DNA of 64,000 nucleotides. It comes from an uncultured Acidimicrobiales bacterium. GTDB taxonomy: Bacteria; Actinomycetota; Acidimicrobiia; Acidimicrobiales; DATKAS01. The notes beneath the pieces are model-generated. The model was not told the DNA's origin. It saw only the letters and a program-made list of their open reading frames with translations, and ran no database searches. Positions within the stretch are counted from its first letter, which is position 1. Each line of letters starts with the position of its first letter. The position numbers and the translations under genes are program-made. Where the stretch lies: assembly GCA_963847855.1 (NCBI GenBank), contig CAWKBM010000002.1:42500-106499 (forward strand), written 5' to 3'. Positions 22,472-32,171 of the stretch are shown here, one piece after another.

Positions 22472-23278
22472 CTAGGAGGCGGGAGCGTCGGCGCCGGTGG
22501 CGGGAGCGGGAGCGGGGTCGGCAGTCGGGGCTTCGACGGCGGCGGGCTCGGTGGCCGCGGCAAGGCCGAGCTGGACGCGCATCTCGTCGAGGCGGGTCTG
22601 CGCCTCTGAGTTCGCGGCGGCCTGCTCGATCTCGAGCATGCGGCTCTCGACTGATGTCTCGGTGAGCTCGCTCATCCCCTTGGCCTTGGCGTAGCGCGCC
22701 TCGATCTTGTCGCGCACCTCGTCGAACGTCGGGACGTCCTCGCCGACCGTCGTGGACAGCGAGGCCATCGCCTTGTTCATCTGCTCCTGCATCTTCGCCT
22801 GGTCGAGCTGCGACAGGAGCTTCTGGCGCTCGCTCAGCTTGCGCTGCAGCGCCGTCGCGTTCTGCTGCACCGCCGCCTTCGCCTGATCGGCGGCCTGCGC
22901 GGACTGCAGGCTCAGCGCCTTCAGGTCGTCGACGTCGCGCTCGAGCGCGATCAAACGGTTCGCGAACGCCTCGGCCGCAGCGTTGTACTCGCTGGCCTTT
23001 GCGGCGTCGCCCTTCTTCTGCGCGTCGGACGCCATGACCAGCGCCTGTCGAGCGTTGCCGTTGACGCGGCTCAGCTCCTCGAGGGAACGGTTCAGCCGCA
23101 TCTCGGTCTGCTTCTGGTTGGCGATCACGTTGGCTGCCTGCTCGCGGAGGCGGCGATGCTGCTCCTGGGCCTCGATCATCGCCTGCTCGAGCTGCACCTT
23201 CGGATCGGCCTTCTCGTTGAAGCTGCCGGTCAACTTGGCCGTGAGGTAGGCCCACCACCGCTTCGCGAGCTTGATCAT
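22472..23278 (-). CDS. pspA: PspA/IM30 family membrane-stress protein
   Basis: The 268-aa product starts MIKLAKRWWAYLTAKLTGSFNEKADPKVQLEQAMIEAQEQHRRLREQAANV. It is all coiled coil with an Ala/Pro-rich tail. Confidence 0.88.
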   Translation of the reverse strand: MIKLAKRWWAYLTAKLTGSFNEKADPKVQLEQAMIEAQEQHRRLREQAANVIANQKQTEMRLNRSLEELSRVNGNARQALVMASDAQKKGDAAKASEYNAAAEAFANRLIALERDVDDLKALSLQSAQAADQAKAAVQQNATALQRKLSERQKLLSQLDQAKMQEQMNKAMASLSTTVGEDVPTFDEVRDKIEARYAKAKGMSELTETSVESRMLEIEQAAANSEAQTRLDEMRVQLGLAAATEPAAVEAPTADPAPAPATGADAPAS

Positions 23279-23287
23279 CCGGCGAGC

Positions 23288-24871
23288 CTATCGGTCCCGG
23301 AAACGGGTGCGGAGGGCGACGACCTCGGGCACGCGCAGCACCAGGAGTCCCCCGATGTACGCGACGACACCGATCGCGACACCGACGAGCGAGCGCGTGA
23401 AGGCCCCCGTGCCGTGCTGTCCGCCGACGAGCGACGCCAGCCCCCAGACGAGCGCGCCCATGACCAGCGCGACGGCGACGGGACGCGCGACCCCCACCGC
23501 GAGCTGGCGCAAACCCAGCCCTCCCGTGACACGCGACAGCACGATCGTGGCGAGCACCGCAGAGACGCTGTACGCGATCGCGTACGAGGCGGCGAGACCG
23601 GGCGCTCCCCAACGGCCCACGAACGCGATGGCGAGCACGATGTTGAGCGTGTTCTCCCCCACGTTGAGCCAGAACGGGCGTCGCGTGTCCTTGCGCGCGT
23701 AGAAGCCGCTCAGCACGAACAGGTAGATGCTGAAGCCGAGCAGACCCGCGGCGAACCACGCCAGCGTGTTGCCCGTGAGGGTCGCCTGGCTGCTCGAGAG
23801 CGCGCCGCGCTCGATCAACGCCGACACGAGGGGTCGAGCGAGCACCGCGTAGCCGATCGCGGCCGGCGCCATCACGAGCGCGATCAGGCGGATGCCGAGC
23901 GAGAGCCGATCGCGATAGCCGCCCTGGTCCCCTCGTGTCGCCGCTTCGGCGAGCTCCGGGGCGAAGGTCGTGATGAGCGTGACCGCGAGCAGCCCGTGGG
24001 GAAGCTGGAAGAAGATGAAGGCGGCCTGGTACGCGGACAGCTGTCCCTCGCCGCGCAGTGCCAGGATCGACACGATGAGCAGGGCGATCTGGTTGGCGAT
24101 GACGTAGCCGACGGTCCACCCCGAGAGTCGAGCGACCTCGCTCACGGCGGGGTGGCGCCACAGCAGCCGCGGGCGGAGGTGGATGCCGGCGCGGGCGACC
24201 GCGATCCAGATGACCGCGGTCATCGCGAGGATGCCGGCCGTCGTGCCCAGGCCGAGCAGCAAGGTGATCGTGCGGTTTCCGAGAGCAGTGTCGAGCGTGA
24301 TGTCGCCGTTCACGACATGGGGGAGGGCGACGAGGGCGCCGATGACGATGACGTTGTTCAACACGGGAGCGAAGGCGGCCGCCGCGAAGCGACGACGTGA
24401 GTTCAGCAGCGCAATGCCGAGAGAGGTGATGCCATAGAACGTGATCTGGGGGAGGAGGAAGCGAGCGAGGGTCGTGGCTTCGCTGCGGATCGCAGCGGCG
24501 TCGCTCGCGGGTGCCCGCACGGTGTACAGGTGCACGATGAGCGGCGCCGCCAGCACGGCGACGACGGTGAGCGCGAGCAGCACGACGACGACGACGCTCA
24601 CGACGGCGTCGGTCGCCTCCTCGTCGTTCCTGTCGAGGTGGCTGACGAACACGGGCACGAGCGTCGTCGTGAGGATGCCGCCGAGGATCAGCTCGTACAC
24701 GACGTTCGGCATCGTGTTGGCGAGGTTGTAGGTGTCGGTGAGCGAGGTCTGCCCGATCGCGTACGCGAGAGCAGCGACGCGCCCGAAGCCGGTGAGGCGC
24801 GAGAGCCCGGTGCCTGCCGCGACGACGAAGTTCGCCCGCACGAAGCGGCGGTTGTCAGTGGCGGCGCTCAT
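23288..24871 (-). CDS. murJ: lipid II flippase MurJ (MviN family)
   Basis: The 527-aa polytopic product contains GTGLSRLTGFGRVAALAYAIGQTSLTDTYNLANTMPNVVYELILGGIL. Confidence 0.9.
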   Translation of the reverse strand: MSAATDNRRFVRANFVVAAGTGLSRLTGFGRVAALAYAIGQTSLTDTYNLANTMPNVVYELILGGILTTTLVPVFVSHLDRNDEEATDAVVSVVVVVLLALTVVAVLAAPLIVHLYTVRAPASDAAAIRSEATTLARFLLPQITFYGITSLGIALLNSRRRFAAAAFAPVLNNVIVIGALVALPHVVNGDITLDTALGNRTITLLLGLGTTAGILAMTAVIWIAVARAGIHLRPRLLWRHPAVSEVARLSGWTVGYVIANQIALLIVSILALRGEGQLSAYQAAFIFFQLPHGLLAVTLITTFAPELAEAATRGDQGGYRDRLSLGIRLIALVMAPAAIGYAVLARPLVSALIERGALSSSQATLTGNTLAWFAAGLLGFSIYLFVLSGFYARKDTRRPFWLNVGENTLNIVLAIAFVGRWGAPGLAASYAIAYSVSAVLATIVLSRVTGGLGLRQLAVGVARPVAVALVMGALVWGLASLVGGQHGTGAFTRSLVGVAIGVVAYIGGLLVLRVPEVVALRTRFRDR

Positions 24872-25612
24872 CCTCCCGACGGCGCCGTGCCCGTCTCCTC
24901 GAGCGCCTGGCGCAGCGCCTCCATGTCGCTGACGACGTTGTCGACGTCGGACGACAGGCCGAGCATCCCTTCATCGTTCGCGTCCACGGACAGCTCGACG
25001 GCCCTCGCCGCCGCTTCGTCGAGGCGGGCGTCGAGCAGCCGGAGACGGTCGCGGGCGTCGCGGACGATCGCGTCCATGCGCTCAGCCGACGCGATCTGCG
25101 CCCGAAGCGACTCCTCGGTGCGGGCGCGGCTCTCGGACGAAGTCGTCGTGTCTTGTGCGAGCGCAACGAGCTGTGCCTTCGCCTCTCTCGTGTCGAGCTG
25201 CTCGATCGCAGTCGAGATCTCCTGCGCCGCGATTGGCGACGTGCCAGCTCTCGTTCACCCCGGTCTCCACGCGCTCGCCGATCTCCGCGAGTCGATCACG
25301 CAGGGGCCCCGCTTTGGCGGATTGCACGGTGCGATCGAATCGTGTCTGCGCCTGCAGTGCGGCTCGCACGAAGCCTCGCCACGGGTCAGCGAGGGCGAAG
25401 GGGTCGATGTGCTCGCGCCGCGGTGCCCGGGGGATGGCGAACGCCACTCGTCCCGCCCACGCCAGGGCGCCTACGCCCGCCGCGGCGAGGAGCGGCAACC
25501 CCGCGACGATGGTGAGGGCCGCTACGCCCCCGGCCAGGAGGATGGCGCTCGGCGACGTCATGGCCCGCGCGACCGGGGGAGTGAAGAACCGATCCCGAAA
25601 GCGCAGAGCCAC
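24868..25612 (-). CDS. membrane protein with 2 TM segments and a C-terminal coiled coil, function unknown; one frameshift near 25228
   Basis: The N-terminus is MALRFRDRFFTPPVARAMTSPSAILLAGGVAALTIVAGLPLLAAAGVGALAWAG...ESWHVANRGA. After a 1-nt shift it continues EISTAIEQLDTREAKAQLVALAQDTTTSSESRARTEESLRAQIASAER and joins ORF 24868..25077. Its stop overlaps the murJ start (ATGA). Confidence 0.6.
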
Positions 25613-25614
25613 GA

Positions 25615-27439
25615 TCAGAAATTGGACACCACGGCGGCGAACACGTCGTTGATGGCCGTCGGGTTGCTCGAGTCGTAGGCGGCGCCTGTGGTCGCATCCG
25701 CCACGCGGCGCAGGGTCGAGAGGTCGGCGTCGGCGCCGTAGGCGATGGGGAACACTCGCACCGGCCGAGTCGCTTGGCCTTCGCTGCCGTTCCGGAGCTC
25801 GGCCAGCAGGCCGTCGAGCTGGTCCGCGTCATCGTCAGGGTTCTCGTCTTCGTTGCGGCCGTCGGTGAGCAGCACGACCGCGTTGATGCGAGAGGGGTCG
25901 AAGCCGTCGAGCATCGTCGTGTACGCATCGGCAGTGACGTCATAGAGAGGCGTGCCGTTGGTGGGGACGAGGTTGTCGATCGTGCTCGACATCTCCGCTC
26001 GTTGCTGGCCGATCGGTCCGATCGGCACCAGGTCGAGGAAGGTCGCACCGTCGTTGGTCAGGTCGGTCGAGAACACCCTCAGGCCGACTTCGTCCTCGTC
26101 CTTGAACTCGCCCAAGGCGCTGATCGCGGCCTGCTTCGCGAGATCGAGCTTCGTCTGGAAGCCGTCTTGGGTCGCGGGGTCGCCCATCGAGCCCGAGATG
26201 TCGATCACGAGCAGCACGCGTGCGGGCTTCCGCTGCTGATCCCACTGGTCGAGGATGCCGATCGCGACCTTCGGGTCGGGCACCTCGAGCAGCGCTTGCG
26301 GCTCGTTCGGGTCCGCGCCGTTGGCGGGCGCGATCGGATCGCCGATTGCCACCGCGGGGTTACCCGGTCGAAAGCCGAACTCGAGGACCTTGGCCTGGTT
26401 CTCTGGCGTGGTCACGAAGTCGCGGAACAGTGCGGCTCCCTGCTTCTGCTCGTCGGTGACCCACGGCGCGTTCAAGATGAAGAGCGGGCTGTCCGAGAAC
26501 AGCGTGCCTTCCTTCGGATAGATCGACACGAGCGGGATGCGCGGAGGCTTCGGCACCTCACCCGGGTCGAGGATGCCATCGGGGTTGCCGGTGTTGTAGT
26601 CGATCACCGACTTCTCCTCGACCGCCACAGCCGAGGCGTAGGTCAACGCGGTGCCGCGCGCATCCGCCTTGTACATGTTGTTGAGGAACGTCAGCGTGGT
26701 GTCGCCGTAGTGCACGACTGCGGACTCGACGGACTGGGTGAAGTCCTTCACGTCGGGCCGGGCAAGGTCTTCGAGCGTGAGGTCGCGCGACTTGCCGGTG
26801 GCCGCGTAGTACTGAGCGATCGTGAAGTTGAGCCCACTCGTCGAGAAGTTCGGGTTCGTCTTGCCGAGGCGGAACGGTCCCCATTCGGGGTGACCGAACG
26901 CCGCCCACCCCCTCGGATCGTTTGCCAGGGCGATGATGTCGGAGAAGCCGAGCGCTTTGTCCGGATACCCGAGCGCCTCGGCCATCGGCTTCGGCATCGC
27001 GATCACGAGCGGCGTAAGCATGAACGGCTTGGAGGGCTGTGTGATCGGCGCCTCGCCTGCGTCGATCAGCCTTTGGTTGACGACCGCCCCCCACGCGCTC
27101 GCTGCCGGTGACCAGATCACGGGCTGCGGGCCGTTTGCCTCGGGATCCGGCCACCCGGCCGAGAGCAGCGCGGCCCCCGCCCCCGACGCCTTGCTTTTCG
27201 GCCGCACGAAGACGCACTTGTCGCCGACCTTGGCCCGATCCGAGCTGTTGAACTCCTTCGCGAGTTCGGTCATCAGCGTGATCTTCTCGGGTGACGAGGC
27301 CATGTCGACGACGATGCAGTCGCCCGGATCGGCGCTCGACAGGTCTCCGTTGTCCCCTGATCCCGAGGAGGACGACGAGCACGCGGTGAGCGTGACCGCG
27401 AACAGCGATCGACAGGGCACACGCGATCACCCGCTTCAC
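25615..27439 (-). CDS. lipoprotein with a solute-binding-like domain plus a C-terminal von Willebrand A domain
   Basis: The vWA MIDAS is visible in VLLVIDISGSMGD, with VVLLTDGRNED downstream. ORF 25615..27420 begins inside a signal peptide. GTG 27439 (a GTGA overlap with the upstream stop) gives VKRVIACALSIA. A 1-nt frame break near 27404 then joins it to LFAVTLTAC-SSSS, which is a lipobox. Confidence 0.8.
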
Positions 27440-28482
27440 TGCACGCCCTTCCACACCTGCCGTAGTGCGTCGATCGCTCCGGGGGACGGAAGCCCTGAGT
27501 CGGCTGGAAGCTCCACGTCGGGGCTCACCCCTGCGGGTGTCGGGTGGTTCGGCACCCGCCAAGCCGCAGCCGCGAGCGCGTCGAGACCGGCGTTGCCGCC
27601 GATGATGCGAGCGAGCCGCTCCCCACCCGAAGCGCCTGCGACCTGCGCCAATACGACGTCAGCGGTCGCCACGGGAGCAGGGTAGGTGATCGTGATGTTG
27701 CGCTTGTCGCGCGAGCCTTCGAGCCCTGGTCCGGCTTCGGCTTCCGTCGTGCCGACGACGTCGACAGCGGCGGGGCCAAACGTGAGCATGTCGGCGAAGG
27801 TCGGATTCTGAGGCACGGCGGTCGCCATCTGGCGAATCCAGCGTTGGAAGGCGTCGTCGCTGAACTGATCGGACGACAGCGCGGTCGTGCCGAAGAAGGA
27901 GACCGCGGCCTGACCGAGCACGAGGGCGCCGACGCCGTCGGTGAGCGGGTCGGCGAACCCCGGCTTCACGATGCCCCAGCTGGTTTCGCCGCCGATTGTG
28001 GACCACTGCTTGCCGGCGACGTCTCCGACGCACTTCCACGTGAGCGCTCCGTCCGCGCACGAGCCCACGATCGCGTCGAGCCGGTCGTTCCACATCGCCA
28101 TCACGAGCGGCGATCGAGCGAGCACCGGCGGAGCCGGCTCGAACAGGTTCGAGAGCCCGTTCCGGCCCCGGGTGTCGTCCACGATCTGGGGCCACGGCGC
28201 CTCGACGAGCCATCCGTCGATGCCCGTCACCGCGTCGGCTCCCTCGAGCCGAGAGGCAGTCACGCCGGCGGGCTCGATGGTCACGCGCACGTCGCCGTTG
28301 GCGTGGAGGATCTCGGTGCAGGCAGGCTCGAGCTCGCTCGCGCACACGAGCGAGACCGGTCCCGCGCCACTGCCGGACGCGCCGCTGGCGGGGTCGGAGC
28401 TGTCGTCGATGCGGGCGCGGATGACAACTGCGGCAACGACCATCAGCACCGCGACGGCCAGTGCCACCAGTCGCCGCGCCAT
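27436..28482 (-). CDS. membrane-anchored extracellular solute-binding-like protein, function unknown
   Basis: The 348-aa product has the N-terminal anchor MARRLVALAVAVLMVVAAVVI. Its body resembles the N-terminal domain of the downstream vWA protein in composition and length. Confidence 0.55.
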   Translation of the reverse strand: MARRLVALAVAVLMVVAAVVIRARIDDSSDPASGASGSGAGPVSLVCASELEPACTEILHANGDVRVTIEPAGVTASRLEGADAVTGIDGWLVEAPWPQIVDDTRGRNGLSNLFEPAPPVLARSPLVMAMWNDRLDAIVGSCADGALTWKCVGDVAGKQWSTIGGETSWGIVKPGFADPLTDGVGALVLGQAAVSFFGTTALSSDQFSDDAFQRWIRQMATAVPQNPTFADMLTFGPAAVDVVGTTEAEAGPGLEGSRDKRNITITYPAPVATADVVLAQVAGASGGERLARIIGGNAGLDALAAAAWRVPNHPTPAGVSPDVELPADSGLPSPGAIDALRQVWKGVQ

Positions 28483-28576
28483 CGTCGGAAGGGTATGCGC
28501 TGGCTGTGACGACTCCGCGGCAGATCGGTTGTGGCTTCGGGACGGCGAGGGCCCGCTGGTAGGGTCTGCCGTTCCT

Positions 28577-28649
28577 TCCGGGGTAGCTCAACCGGCAGAG
28601 CAGCGGACTGTTAATCCGCGTGTTGAGAGTTCGAGTCTCTCCCCCGGAG
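28577..28649 (+). tRNA. tRNA-Asn (GTT)
   Basis: A cloverleaf was drawn by hand: acceptor TCCGGGG/CCCCGGA, D-stem GCTC/GAGC, anticodon stem GCGGA/TCCGC with loop CTGTTAA, and T-arm GAGAG-TTCGAGT-CTCTC. Confidence 0.9.
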
Positions 28650-28655
28650 CTCGTC

Positions 28656-28728
28656 GGGCCTGTAGCTCAGTGGTCAGAGCGGGCGACTCATAATCGCTTG
28701 GTCGCTGGTTCGATCCCAGCCGGGCCCA
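28656..28728 (+). tRNA. tRNA with CAT anticodon (Met; the lysidine-modified Ile2 type cannot be excluded)
   Basis: The sequence is GGGCCTGTAGCTCAGTGGTCAGAGCGGGCGACTCATAATCGCTTGGTCGCTGGTTCGATCCCAGCCGGGCCCA. The 1:72 pair is G-C, so it is not an initiator. Confidence 0.85.
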
Positions 28729-28955
28729 CCGCGTGTGAAGCCCGTTGATTCGGTGAGCGCTCCCTCGCAACAGGCCGATCGACCTATCTCCTCGCAGCGC
28801 CACCTTCCGATCAGGAAGCCACAGAGTGGCGAGCCCATCAACTCGCTGAACTGGGGAGGTGTTGATCCGCCCGGCTGAACTGGTCGCTGCGCCGGCGGGG
28901 AGCCACAGCGAACCCGCCCCCAGGCTCACCAACAACGAGCCACGGGAGCAGTGGG

Positions 28956-30380
28956 ATGTTCGCCAGGAGCGGTAGCAGCACGAAGCGCCTCATCGTCGGG
29001 TATCTCGGCGTGGTGATAGGCGCGACTCTGGTGTTGCTGTCGGCCAACGCGGAACTCGCCACCGCAGCGCCGAAGCTCGACAAGCTCGCGGTCGACGGGC
29101 TGTGCACCCTGCCCAAGGGCGACGCAGTCCTGCGCGTCGGCAACTCGAACAACGTCGAGGTCGACTACACGTGGGACATAGACAAGACCTCGTTCTCCGG
29201 ATCGGGCACGGCGCCGCCCGGGGACAGCTATCTGCTTGTGCCGCCTTCCCACAACAACGTCCGGGTGTACGTCGACGGCAAACAGATACTCGCGCCGAAG
29301 CAGGACGAGGACCCGTGCGCATTCCATGTGCAGCCAGTGAAGCGATGGGTCGACGCTGACGGTCACGAGCTCGAGTCGCCTGACGTGCCCAAGTCTTGGA
29401 AGCTCACGCTCGAGAGCGACGTCGAGACCTTGACCTGCAACTGGAAGAAGGGCGACATGTCGTGTAACAACGATTCGCTCGACGTGCCCTTCGGCTCGAG
29501 CTACACGATCACGGAGTCCGCGACCCCCGACTTTGAGCAGAAGGGCATCGGCACGTTCGGTCCGGTTGGCACGCCAGAGAACCTCACCGCGTTCTTCAAC
29601 AGCGACGAAGACATCGTGGTGATCGTGATCAACCAGCTCGGCAAGGATGACGTCGAGACTGCGGCGACGACGACTGCGGCGACGACGACTGCGGCGACGA
29701 CGACTGCCGCGACGACGACTGCGGCGACGACGACTGCGGCGACGACGACTGCCGCGACGACGACTGCCGCGACGACGACTGCCGCGACGACGACTGCCGC
29801 GACGACGACTGCCGCGACGACGACTGCGGCGACGACGACTGCCGCGACGACGACTGCGGCGACGACGACTGCGGCGACGACGACTGCGGCGACGACGACT
29901 GCCGCGACGACGACTGCCGCGACGACGACGACCACCGCCGAGGACCAGGAGTCGACGACGACCACGTCGACGACCATCGAGGCACTGATCACGGGGGAGA
30001 GCGCGACGACTGCGGCGACCACGACGGAGGCGCCGACGACCACGCTCGCGCCGACGACCACGCTCGCGCCGACGACCACGCTCGCCGCCGGCAGCACGGC
30101 ACCACCCGACGAGACCATCTCGACCTCGAGCCGAAGCTCGCTCGTTCCCCAGTCGTCGGAGGTGTTGCCGTCCAATGGTCGTGCGGAGCTCACCGGCGAC
30201 GAGGCCGACCCGGCTTCAGTCGAACCGTCCCGCGACACCCTGCCGTTGACCGGCGGGGAAGCGGGCCTCGTCGCTGGCCTCGGCTTCGCCCTCGTCGTCG
30301 CCGGTCTCGGAGTGCTCGGGTTCGCGTGGGTTTCTGCCACGCCGGGCCGTCATGCGAGGCGTCGCGGCGCGACGCTCTAG
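28956..30380 (+). CDS. LPxTG-anchored cell-surface protein with an AATTT repeat stalk
   Basis: Reading from the N-terminus: a signal peptide (...VLLSANAELATAAP), a 220-aa Cys-containing domain, 18 x AATTT, 3 x APTTTL, then the sorting signal LPLTGGEAGLVAGLGFALVVAGLGVLGFAWV followed by RHARRR. Confidence 0.85.
   Translation: MFARSGSSTKRLIVGYLGVVIGATLVLLSANAELATAAPKLDKLAVDGLCTLPKGDAVLRVGNSNNVEVDYTWDIDKTSFSGSGTAPPGDSYLLVPPSHNNVRVYVDGKQILAPKQDEDPCAFHVQPVKRWVDADGHELESPDVPKSWKLTLESDVETLTCNWKKGDMSCNNDSLDVPFGSSYTITESATPDFEQKGIGTFGPVGTPENLTAFFNSDEDIVVIVINQLGKDDVETAATTTAATTTAATTTAATTTAATTTAATTTAATTTAATTTAATTTAATTTAATTTAATTTAATTTAATTTAATTTAATTTAATTTAATTTTTAEDQESTTTTSTTIEALITGESATTAATTTEAPTTTLAPTTTLAPTTTLAAGSTAPPDETISTSSRSSLVPQSSEVLPSNGRAELTGDEADPASVEPSRDTLPLTGGEAGLVAGLGFALVVAGLGVLGFAWVSATPGRHARRRGATL
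29658..29927 (+). repeat. 18 tandem copies of a 15-bp unit ACTGC(G/C)GCGACGACG (in-frame, encodes TAATT)
   Basis: The units are identical except for one synonymous GCG/GCC position. The order across units is GGGCGGCCCCCGCGGGCC. Confidence 0.95.
30030..30083 (+). repeat. 3 tandem copies of the 18-bp unit GCGCCGACGACCACGCTC (encodes APTTTL)
   Basis: Three exact copies were counted in the sequence. They lie in frame within the LPxTG gene. Confidence 0.9.
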
Positions 30381-30390
30381 CCGTCCTGTA

Positions 30391-30760
30391 TCAGACGATG
30401 TCGAGCACGGCCCGCGCCGATTTGGCCTCGCCGTGGCGACGGAGAGACATCAACACGGCGGCCCGCAGGCCGTCGACGGTCGAGAGGACGAACTCGCGGC
30501 CAGCAACTGTCGCCATTGAGACAGGGTCGTTGGTTGCCTCGCTGCCTGCGGTTCGAGCCGGACGACCACCCGCTGGATTCGGCGGTCGCGGGGAAGTCGG
30601 GAAGGCGCCTCGCTCAGAACGCGCACGACGTCCGAGATCAGGATCTGTCCGGCGGCCGCGGCCGCGCACAGGCGGGCGGCCTCGACCACAGCCGTTCCGT
30701 GGGGGCGCACCCACGCCCCAAGCATCCCCACGGACTGACTGCAGGCTGCGGTCCGACGAC
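30391..30760 (-). pseudogene. remnant of a class III nucleotidyl-cyclase-like domain (C-terminal part only, frame-broken)
   Basis: The minus-strand fragment GAWVRPHGTAVVEAARLCAAAAAGQILISDVVRVL resembles the G..V..AAR....A..G.ILVS block of class III cyclases. It also resembles GGMAVEIAQRVCALAGAAELLVSQTV in the 37436..39535 protein. There is no N-terminal half and the frame switches before the stop at 30391. Confidence 0.35.
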
Positions 30761-30775
30761 CGGCGCCGGGTACAG

Positions 30776-31345
30776 CTAGGTCTCGCCGATCCAGGTCGGT
30801 GCACGCTCCAAGAGGTATTGGCTCACGGCGAGGCAGCGATCGAGTGTGTCGCAGAGCTGCTCCTCGCCGAGGTACACGCGATCGAGGCCGACCTCGAGCC
30901 GAGCGACCACGTTGATGCTCCGCTCGGGCGCGTCGGTGGCGGACGGGAACGAGTCGATAGCCGAGACCTCGAGCGGCAGCTGTGTGCCGCCGACTCCGGC
31001 CAGCTCGGTCGCGAGCACAAGGAGATCTGGTGGCGACGGCAGCGGCGGGAGCGACCACGTGAACATCAGCGGGAACGCGAAGTCGTCCGGGGGCTTGTCG
31101 TCGTCGCCCTGGGCGAGCACCGCGTCTTCGAAGGCCAGTAGTGCTCGGGGGTCGACCTCGAGCGAGAGGTGCAGGTCGAGCGGACCGCCGCACGCTTCCT
31201 CGGGGTGGAGGTCGACCTCCCACGCCTGACGCAACGAGTAGGTCTCCACGAAGTGACGCTCGTCGTGGACGTGAAACCCGTGGTCGACGGCGTGATCCTT
31301 GAGGTCGGCGACGAAGCCGGCCACGTCGATGACGGCCACATGCAC
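30776..31345 (-). CDS. hypothetical acidic protein (~190 aa)
   Basis: Only the C-terminal third of ORF 30776..32182 has coding-like composition: VHVAVIDVAGFVADLKDHAVDHGFHVHDERHFVETYSLRQAWEVDLHPEE.... The start is GTG at 31345 or 31339. I recognise no family. Confidence 0.45.
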   Translation of the reverse strand: MHVAVIDVAGFVADLKDHAVDHGFHVHDERHFVETYSLRQAWEVDLHPEEACGGPLDLHLSLEVDPRALLAFEDAVLAQGDDDKPPDDFAFPLMFTWSLPPLPSPPDLLVLATELAGVGGTQLPLEVSAIDSFPSATDAPERSINVVARLEVGLDRVYLGEEQLCDTLDRCLAVSQYLLERAPTWIGET

Positions 31346-31402
31346 AGCCTGCCACGTCGCACCGCTACCGTGGCCCGACCGTGGACGACACCGAGCTGAC
31401 CG

Positions 31403-32149
31403 ATGCGCAGCTCGAGCGCGCTGCTCGCTGCGACTGCGTCGGCCGTGATCGACGCGCTGGGCGGAGTGACCGACTGGGGGCTCGCACGAGCGGGCGCCCA
31501 CGGTGGTCAGCACAACAGCGACATCGTCGCGGACGACGCCGCGCTCGCCGTCCTGCTTCCCGCCGGAGTGGGAGTGCTTTCTGAGGAGAGCGGCCTGCAC
31601 GAGGCCGACCGCGACATCGTCGTGGTCGTCGACCCACTCGACGGATCGACGAACGCGCTGCACGGCATCCCTTGGTATGCGGTGAGCCTGTGCGCGGTCG
31701 ACGCCAACGGGGCGCGCGCTGCGCTCGTGATCAACATCGCGACGGGCGAGCGCTTCGAAGCGGTGCGAGGCGGGGGAGCGACCCGCAACGGCGAGCCGAT
31801 CGCACCTTCGGGGGCCACCAGGCTCGGTTCGTCTCTCGTCGGGCTCTCGGGATATCCGCCCCGTCGCTTCGGGTGGAAGCAGTACCGCGCGCTCGGTGCA
31901 TCGGCGCTCGACCTCTGCGCGGTCGCATGCGGCCGGCTCGACGCCTTCGTTGACTGCAGTCGCAACGCTCACGGCTCGTGGGACTACCTCGGGGGCATGC
32001 TCGTCTGCCTCGAGGCGGGTGCGGTCGTCCTCGACGCGTTCGATCGTTCGTTGGTCGTCCTCGAGCACGACGGTCGCCGCACGCCCGTCGCGGCTGCCAC
32101 CCAGGTGTTGCTCGGGGAGATCATCGCCGCGCGGCGTTCGTTCGAGTGA
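31403..32149 (+). CDS. inositol monophosphatase family protein
   Basis: Carries the VVVVDPLDGSTNALHGIPWYAVSL and GSWDYLGG motifs. Confidence 0.8.
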   Translation: MRSSSALLAATASAVIDALGGVTDWGLARAGAHGGQHNSDIVADDAALAVLLPAGVGVLSEESGLHEADRDIVVVVDPLDGSTNALHGIPWYAVSLCAVDANGARAALVINIATGERFEAVRGGGATRNGEPIAPSGATRLGSSLVGLSGYPPRRFGWKQYRALGASALDLCAVACGRLDAFVDCSRNAHGSWDYLGGMLVCLEAGAVVLDAFDRSLVVLEHDGRRTPVAAATQVLLGEIIAARRSFE

Positions 32150-32171
32150 CCCCGCTTCTAGGCTCCCACTC

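Noticed and set aside
29658-29927. The 15-bp tandem array considered as a possible CRISPR array or minisatellite outside genes, and its G/C pattern (GGGCGGCCCCCGCGGGCC) considered as a possible encoded signal.
   Set aside because: There are no spacers. The units are contiguous, in frame and translate to the AATTT stalk of an LPxTG protein. The G/C alternation is a synonymous Ala codon polymorphism with no evident structure (9 G, 9 C).
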